Shown here piece after piece: positions 58,408 to 64,000 of a DNA stretch of 64,000 nt; position 1 is the first letter of the stretch, and the number at the start of each line of letters is the position of its first letter. The stretch comes from Planctomycetota bacterium. Its GTDB lineage: Bacteria > Planctomycetota > B15-G4 > SIAN01. A program made the translations under genes and the position numbers. The DNA lies in NCBI GenBank assembly GCA_016795285.1, contig JAEUIC010000023.1:1-64000 (forward strand). The letters run 5' to 3'. The notes under the pieces were generated by a model. The model worked only from the letters and a program-made list of their open reading frames with translations, was not told the DNA's origin and made no database searches.

Positions 58408-58602
58408 GGTGCCGGGGAGTTTCCGTCCAGCGGATCCCGCAGCGCTCGAGCGGTGTGGTGCCGGGGAGTTTCCATCCACCTGATGCCGTCAACGCGTTCA
58501 GAGCGGCACTTCCGAGCCATTCGGTGACTCGGACGGAAACTCCCCGCCACCCGACGATGGAGCGAACGCGGTGCGCTGGCAGACGGAAACTCCCCGGCAC
58601 CG
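58408..58602. repeat. Second copy of the composite palindromic repeat element. Two direct copies of GGTGCCGGGGAGTTTCC(G/A)TCCA (58408-58429, 58457-58478) and two inverted copies (58529-58551, 58582-58602).
   Basis: Read directly from the sequence; same 22-mer and same 2+2 inverted architecture as 23-158, with longer spacers. Confidence 0.8.
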
Positions 58603-58756
58603 GGCGTGCGCGGCGGCGGGCGTGCGAAGGGCGTGGGTCACGCCACGCGCTGGGCTCGGTCGAAGGGGGCGGAAGAATCAACCCCGCCACCGTGGTGGAG
58701 GCCGTTCGAGCGGGGGTCGCGTGGCACCGAGCGTTGCGCGGGGCGCGCGAGGGGCG

Positions 58757-60220
58757 TCACTCGCCGGGGCGCCAGGTGACTTCGAAGTAGCCGATCAGCA
58801 TCTCTTCGTGGGTCTGGAGGCCGAAGTAGACGGTCGCTGACGGGTCGGGGTTGGCGGGGTTCTCGGCGCTGTTGTCGAAGTGCGCCGTGACGCGCAGCAC
58901 CGTCCCTTCCGGCAGCTCCTTTCGCTCGGCCAGCACGTACTCGTGCTGCCAGTTGAAGTCGTAGGCCGGCACGTGGAGCAGCGTCTCCTCGCGCCCGTCG
59001 GGGTAGCGCGCGACGTAGGTGAACGAGCGGCCGCGCAGATGGAGGTGGGGCTGCAGCGAGCGCAGCGTCGCGGCGACCGGCAGGCGGTACTCGGCGCTCA
59101 CCGCGTGGTCGCTCGCGCCGGGCGGGATCGCGAAGACGACGGTCGCCACCCCGCGCGTGTCGAGCGCCCGCGGCCGCGCCCCCTCCGCGAACCAGAGCGC
59201 GATCGACGTCGACGACTCGGTCGCCTTGCCGATCGGCTGGTAGTGGAGCTGCACGATCAGGTCGGAGCCGGCCGCGAGGAACTTCCCCTCGTCGGGCTCG
59301 AACTCGACCGCGCCGCCGCCCGCGAGGCCCGAGAGGAAGTAGCCGTTCAGCCCGCCCGACTCGCCGTAGCGCAGGTCGCGGCGGATCATCGCCATGAAGC
59401 GCGCGTTCCACTGCGGGATCTCGTGCGGCTTCGCGCCCTGCATCAGCTCGAGCTGGTTGAAGCCGGGCCGCCACGGCCGCTCGATCGCCGCGGTGCGCGC
59501 CGCTTCGGTCTCGCCCGCTGGGCTGCTTCCCGCTGCCGCACCCTCCTCGTTCGCGCTCGGCCGCGCCACGCGCGCGCCCCTCCCCTCGCTCTGGAAGACC
59601 AGCGAGTGGTGCACCACTTCGGGGTGGACGCTCTTCACCTCGGCCGCGCGCACGTAGCGATGCTCGGTGAGCCCCGTGGCGAGCCGCACGTACTGGTAGG
59701 GCAGCGTGCCCTCCGCCGGCACGGTGAAGCTCGGCGTCGTCAGCACCAGATCGGGAGGCGTCGCGAGCGACCAGCCGCTCGCCCACGCGCGCGGCGGCGG
59801 AGCGTCGCGCCGATCGCCTTCCGGAGCGCCGGCTGCGACCCAGGCCGCGACGGTGGCGAGCGCCGCCTCGGGCAACGACGGGTCGTTCGCGAAGCGGCCG
59901 ATGCTCCGATCGGCATGCCAAGGCGGCATCCGCCGCTGCGCCACCACCTCCCCCACCATCGCCGCGACCCCCGCCACATCGGCGTACTCGACCAGCGCGA
60001 ACGGCCCGGCACCGCCGTCGCGATGGCACTTCTCGCAATGGCGCTGCAGGAGCGGCGCGATGTCGCGATGGAAGGTGGGCGCGGCCGCCGGCGCCTGTGC
60101 GAGCGCGTCGCCGCTGTTCGCGAGCGATGCGGCGCAGGCGAGAGCGACGAGGCCGTGGCGAAGCCGGTCGAGGACGAACGCCGTGGCGCTGCAGCTGGGG
60201 GTGATGGCGGGAAGTCGCAT
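58757..60220 (-). CDS. Secreted copper type-II ascorbate-dependent monooxygenase-like protein (PHM/DBH-like) with an N-terminal c-type haem (CxxCH) domain
   Basis: Signal peptide; then FHRDIAPLLQRHCEKCHRDGGAGPFAL (CEKCH); His-rich HPEVVHHSLVF (CuH-like); LQPHLHLRGRSF (H-x-H, CuM-like) and the HEEMLIGYF Met region. Real start MRLPAIT at 60220, inside the artefactual ORF 58757-61201. Confidence 0.55.
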   Translation of the reverse strand: MRLPAITPSCSATAFVLDRLRHGLVALACAASLANSGDALAQAPAAAPTFHRDIAPLLQRHCEKCHRDGGAGPFALVEYADVAGVAAMVGEVVAQRRMPPWHADRSIGRFANDPSLPEAALATVAAWVAAGAPEGDRRDAPPPRAWASGWSLATPPDLVLTTPSFTVPAEGTLPYQYVRLATGLTEHRYVRAAEVKSVHPEVVHHSLVFQSEGRGARVARPSANEEGAAAGSSPAGETEAARTAAIERPWRPGFNQLELMQGAKPHEIPQWNARFMAMIRRDLRYGESGGLNGYFLSGLAGGGAVEFEPDEGKFLAAGSDLIVQLHYQPIGKATESSTSIALWFAEGARPRALDTRGVATVVFAIPPGASDHAVSAEYRLPVAATLRSLQPHLHLRGRSFTYVARYPDGREETLLHVPAYDFNWQHEYVLAERKELPEGTVLRVTAHFDNSAENPANPDPSATVYFGLQTHEEMLIGYFEVTWRPGE

Positions 60221-60499
60221 GGACGCATCGTACGGCGACGCGATCGCCACCTCGTTGGGCGCCGGTCCGAGCGCTGCCCGAGCACGCCCAGGAACGCCGC
60301 GGTGCTCACTCGCGCGGGCACGAGCGGCCGCACTGCAGCCCGAAGTGCCGGCGACCTCCTCCGCAGGGAACAACGGCTGGCGCGCTGGCGTCTGATCCTC
60401 GAACATCGCGCGGCCGCGTCGTGCGAGCGGTCGCGTGTCGACGAGCCCAAGCCCGAGCTCGCGATGTTCGCCCGGCCGCTTCCGTCGAAGGGGGTCCTC

Positions 60500-62131
60500 A
60501 TGGTTTCCATCCGCGCCGTGTCGGCGGTCCTCGTCTCGCTCGCGATCGCGAACCCCACCGCCCGCGCCCAGACGATCCCGGTTCCCCCCGTCGGCGGCGC
60601 GGGCCAGTCGCAATCGGTCTTCTTCGATGACGGCGGCGCCGAGACGGCGTGGAAGGTCTCGAACCCGACGGGGCCTGGCGAGGCGTTCAACGTCGATTTC
60701 GATTCGATCGCCGCCGGGATGACGATCACCGGCGTGGCATTGAGCACCTTCCAGACGAACTCCGCCGGAACGTTCGGCCTCAAGTACGTGCTGATCGCAC
60801 CCGACCACCCGCTCGATCCGACGGGCCACACGCCCGACCTGAACAACCCGCTCTCGATCCTCGGCTCGCTGAACGGCACGGTCACGATCACCGGAACGCC
60901 CAACGCCTCGGCCGGTTTCTGCTCCGGCTTCGTCGGCTACGACCTTCCCGACGTCACGGCACCGAACGGCGGTCTCCATGCGGTGACCACCTTCCTCACC
61001 GGCGACTCGATGACGTGGCTCTGCGCCGACTCGTCCGCGTCCGACGACCGCAGCTACTTCACGTCCACCAACTACTCGACCCCGGCGACCCTCCTCGCGG
61101 CGAACGACCTGATGGTCCGCGTCATCGGCACGGTCAACACGGGTGTCGGCTCGGCCTACTTGACCGTGAACAACGGCTCCGGCTCGATCGAGCTCGATCA
61201 AGCGGGGCTCCTGTCGGCGACCCTCTGGTCGAACTGCGCGATCCAGCCGACGCTCTTCATCACCGGCGTCACGATCCCTGGCTATCCGTTCGTGCAGTTC
61301 CCGTCGACCGTCCTCTCGACTGGTTTCGAGAACGGCTCGCCGATCGCCGATCCGACGCAGGGGACGATCAGCGGCTTCCTCTCCAGCTCGACTTCATGCG
61401 CGTGCGTGCCGGCCGGCACGCTCTTCGACGTCTCGGCCTTCTATCTCGACCACTGCAGCCTGAAGAGCAATGGCAAGCCGCGGTTGCGAGCCACCAACGC
61501 CGTGAGCGTCCTGGTGACTCCGAACCTCCTGGCGTGCAACCCCTGCGTCTGCTTCGGGCAGGTCGATGACGGCTCGTTCGACGGGAGCCTCTGGAAGACC
61601 AAGAACCCGACCGGTTCGCGCGACTACTTCAATGTCCGGATCGGCGGCACCAGCGACCCGTGCGGATCGGGATGCGGCATCACCACCGTGACCGCCATCG
61701 AGATGGCGTCGTGGGACTTCTGCGGATCGGGCCCGTCGTGGGCGTCGGTCGGCCTCTACGAGGAGAGCACGCTCGATCCCACGTCGCCCGATCTCGCCGC
61801 AGCGGTGGCGTTGGCGACCACGCTCGCCATGGCGCCGGGCGCGGCCGAAAGCGGCTACCCGGCCACCGTCTACGACTTCCCCGACCTGCTGGTGTCGACC
61901 TCGGCGGCACTCGCCAACCTCACCAGCGGCCACATCGCGGCGCGCTGGAAGACCAACGACACGTGCATCTGGATCGCCGCCGACGCGGATGGCACCGACG
62001 ACGACGCCAATCCCACGGGTGGCTGCTCGGTCTTGCCGTCCACCAGCAGCTACTTCACGCAGAACGGCTACTCGACGCCATCGACCCAGATGCCGACTGC
62101 CCACTGGATGATGAAGCTCGACTGGAGTTGA
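60500..62131 (+). CDS. Secreted Cys-containing protein with an internal two-fold duplication, function unknown
   Basis: Signal peptide MVSIRAVSAVLVSLAIANPTARAQ. The N half (WKVSNPTGPGEAFNVDF ... TSTNYSTPATL) is echoed in the C half (WKTKNPTGSRDYFNVRI ... TQNGYSTPSTQ). Lower GC. Start at 60500 has a good SD (AAGGGGG). Confidence 0.55.
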   Translation: MVSIRAVSAVLVSLAIANPTARAQTIPVPPVGGAGQSQSVFFDDGGAETAWKVSNPTGPGEAFNVDFDSIAAGMTITGVALSTFQTNSAGTFGLKYVLIAPDHPLDPTGHTPDLNNPLSILGSLNGTVTITGTPNASAGFCSGFVGYDLPDVTAPNGGLHAVTTFLTGDSMTWLCADSSASDDRSYFTSTNYSTPATLLAANDLMVRVIGTVNTGVGSAYLTVNNGSGSIELDQAGLLSATLWSNCAIQPTLFITGVTIPGYPFVQFPSTVLSTGFENGSPIADPTQGTISGFLSSSTSCACVPAGTLFDVSAFYLDHCSLKSNGKPRLRATNAVSVLVTPNLLACNPCVCFGQVDDGSFDGSLWKTKNPTGSRDYFNVRIGGTSDPCGSGCGITTVTAIEMASWDFCGSGPSWASVGLYEESTLDPTSPDLAAAVALATTLAMAPGAAESGYPATVYDFPDLLVSTSAALANLTSGHIAARWKTNDTCIWIAADADGTDDDANPTGGCSVLPSTSSYFTQNGYSTPSTQMPTAHWMMKLDWS

Positions 62132-62410
62132 CGAGAGGAGCGATCGGCGCGCTGTCGGCCGCAGTCGACTCGTCGCCGCCACCGCAAAGCCGCGTTCGCG
62201 CGCGCCGCTCGCGGGTGCGGCGCATCGGCCCGCGCGCGTTCGAGCGCGTTCGAGCGCCGTTGGTCGCGCGCTGCGAAGCGCCCGCCGCTCACCGCGATTG
62301 GTTCCAGCCATCGAAACGGCCGGGCGACGACGTTCCGTCACCCGGCCGCGTTCCATTGAGGTCCTGCGTCGCCGCGCAGCGCGCTCACGCCCGCTGCGCG
62401 ACGGCGCCGT

Positions 62411-64000
62411 TCACGGCAGGTCGATGCCGATGCGGAGCTTGAGGCCGGGCGTGAAGGAGAGCTTCTTCGAGGCGTAGGGATCGGCCTCGAGCACCTGCAC
62501 GAAGAACTCCGCCGTCGCCAGCGAGTAGTCCCACGGGACGTCCTCGGTGAACGTCGTGCCGGCCGCGTCGACCGTGAAGATGAAGCTCGCGAGGTCGTCG
62601 GTGCAGAGGATCGTGCCGCCCTTCGAGGTCAGGATGTTGGCCGGCTGGCTGCCGAGCATCAGCAGCGCCAGCGTCGGCGCGCCGAGCGAGTTGCCGACCG
62701 TGACGCTGATCGGCGAGCCGATCACCGGCTCGTTCAGCGCGGTGAGCGACGGCACGCCGAAGCGCCCCGGCCAGCCGGCGCCGTAGTTCTCCGCTGCTGA
62801 GGGCGCGCCGATGAAGGTGTTGCAGACGCCGGTGATCTCGAGCGAACCGTAGGGATAGAAGGCGTACTCGGGGTCGCTCCACGCGAGGTCGGCGAACGAG
62901 TCGCCGTTCCAGTCGCCGGCGCACAGGCCGAAGCCGAACTCGGCGAAGAAGAAGGCGCCGTTGTTGTCGGAACCCTCCCACGAGAAGAGCTCGTGGCCGT
63001 CGGCGCCCGACCAGACGCCGACCCGTCCGACCTCATCGTCGCCACCCTCCTTGGCGGTGGCCGCGATGTCCTCGACGCCATCGCCATCGAAGTCGCCGAG
63101 CCCCGCGACGCGGAAGCCGAGGCGATCGCCGTCGTCCTCGCCGTAGATCTTCTGCAGCGTCGTGAAGCTGGCGCCGCTCCAGAGCGAGATCGAGCCGTTG
63201 TCGGTGTAGCTCTTGTCGGTCTCCATCGCGCCGGTGAGGAAGTCGCCGCGCCCGTCGTCATCGACGTCGCCGCAACCCGACACCGACGAGCCGAGCCGCT
63301 CGCCGGCGAACGAGCCGGCGACGTGCGTGAGCTGCGTGCCGTCGACGCCCGAGTAGACCACCGCGCGCCCGCAATCGAGCAGCGGCGGGAAGAACTGGTC
63401 GAAGCCCGGCTCGCCGACGATCAGGTCGGCCCGGCCGTCGCCATCGAGGTCGTCGCAGCGCGCGATGGCGGCGGCGAACTCGACGTTCGGGCCGCGGACG
63501 ATCGCGTACTTCTTGTCGCCGTTGCCGTCGAGGACCAGCACTTCGCCGTCGTTCGGCCGCGTCGCGGCGAACTCGTCGACGCCATCGCCGTCGACATCGC
63601 CGAGCCACGCCAGCGCGGTGCCGAGCTCCTCGTTCGCGCTGCTGCCCTCGAACGTCCACATCACGGCGCCGGTCTTGCCGCTGTACGCGGTCAGCTGGCC
63701 GGCGTCCGCGTGGGTCGCGCTGTTCCAGTAGGGCGCGCTGATGACGAAGTCGCCGTAGCCGTCGCCATCGACGTCGCCGAGCTTGCACGCCGCGCTGCCG
63801 AACTCGGCGCCGACCTGCGTCCCCTCGACGTAGTGGATCCAATAGAAGAGCTTGTTCGGCTCGATCACGAAGACGCGGCCGGCGTTCACCACGTTGTTCG
63901 GGTCGGCCTCCGGCTCGCCGATGAAGAGCTCGCTGGTGCCGTCGCCATTCACGTCGCCGAGGTCGGCGATGAACTGCCCGAAGCGCCCGTCGCCCGGGTT
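62411..64000 (-). CDS. FG-GAP repeat (integrin-alpha-like beta-propeller) protein, 5' end beyond the window
   Basis: Repeated FG..GDxDGDG motifs (GDVDGDGYGDF, GDVDGDGVDEF, DDLDGDGRADL, GDFDGDGVEDI). The reading frame stays open to the window edge. Confidence 0.7.
   Translation of the reverse strand, partial: NPGDGRFGQFIADLGDVNGDGTSELFIGEPEADPNNVVNAGRVFVIEPNKLFYWIHYVEGTQVGAEFGSAACKLGDVDGDGYGDFVISAPYWNSATHADAGQLTAYSGKTGAVMWTFEGSSANEELGTALAWLGDVDGDGVDEFAATRPNDGEVLVLDGNGDKKYAIVRGPNVEFAAAIARCDDLDGDGRADLIVGEPGFDQFFPPLLDCGRAVVYSGVDGTQLTHVAGSFAGERLGSSVSGCGDVDDDGRGDFLTGAMETDKSYTDNGSISLWSGASFTTLQKIYGEDDGDRLGFRVAGLGDFDGDGVEDIAATAKEGGDDEVGRVGVWSGADGHELFSWEGSDNNGAFFFAEFGFGLCAGDWNGDSFADLAWSDPEYAFYPYGSLEITGVCNTFIGAPSAAENYGAGWPGRFGVPSLTALNEPVIGSPISVTVGNSLGAPTLALLMLGSQPANILTSKGGTILCTDDLASFIFTVDAAGTTFTEDVPWDYSLATAEFFVQVLEADPYASKKLSFTPGLKLRIGIDLP

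Noticed and set aside
57318-58550. 410-aa minus ORF extending pyrF upstream into the repeat element
   Set aside because: The upstream part is Arg/Pro-rich and runs into the palindromic repeat. The OMP-decarboxylase domain begins near MRRRTANG (58265) or a nearby GTG.

Overview
This is a 64 kb window of a very high-GC (about 70% or more) chromosome from an organism with Gram-negative-type genes (kdsC plus OstA/Lpt-family genes). High GC fills the six-frame track with long spurious, Arg/Ala-rich ORFs. Genes were therefore called only where the translation shows recognisable family motifs. Many true starts lie inside the listed ORFs, several with ATGA or GTGA start/stop overlaps.

The window contains the replication-origin gene set dnaA-dnaN-DUF721-gyrB on the minus strand (44.2-50.1 kb). 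A candidate oriC lies in the 457-bp dnaA-dnaN spacer. Core content:
- a kdsC / large OstA-like protein / LptD-like locus
- a complete 5-oxoproline salvage module (pcp-DUF979-DUF969-pxpA-pxpBC)
- a bacillithiol biosynthesis operon (bshC-bshB1-bshA plus cysteine desulfurase)
- ada, tatA, pyrF, thpR and an S9 peptidase

Accessory-looking content:
- a LanC-like protein co-transcribed with an FGly-type sulfatase, next to flotillin/NfeD, a Thr-nucleophile sulfatase-family protein and an Stf0 sulfotransferase
- a kexin-like S8 protease with a tandemly duplicated P-domain and lower GC
- a single 814-aa ORF that fuses an ECF sigma factor to a transmembrane segment and a large extracytoplasmic domain, followed by a CPBP intramembrane protease, a DUF2007/Zn-ribbon gene and a gene for an exported membrane protein (the best candidate for an undescribed system)
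- a second ECF sigma / zinc anti-sigma / periplasmic protein / 14-Cys secreted peptide module, followed by a low-GC GT32-like (toxin-like) glycosyltransferase
- a PHM/DBH-like copper monooxygenase fused to a c-type cytochrome domain
- two copies of a composite palindromic repeat element (23-158 and 58408-58602)
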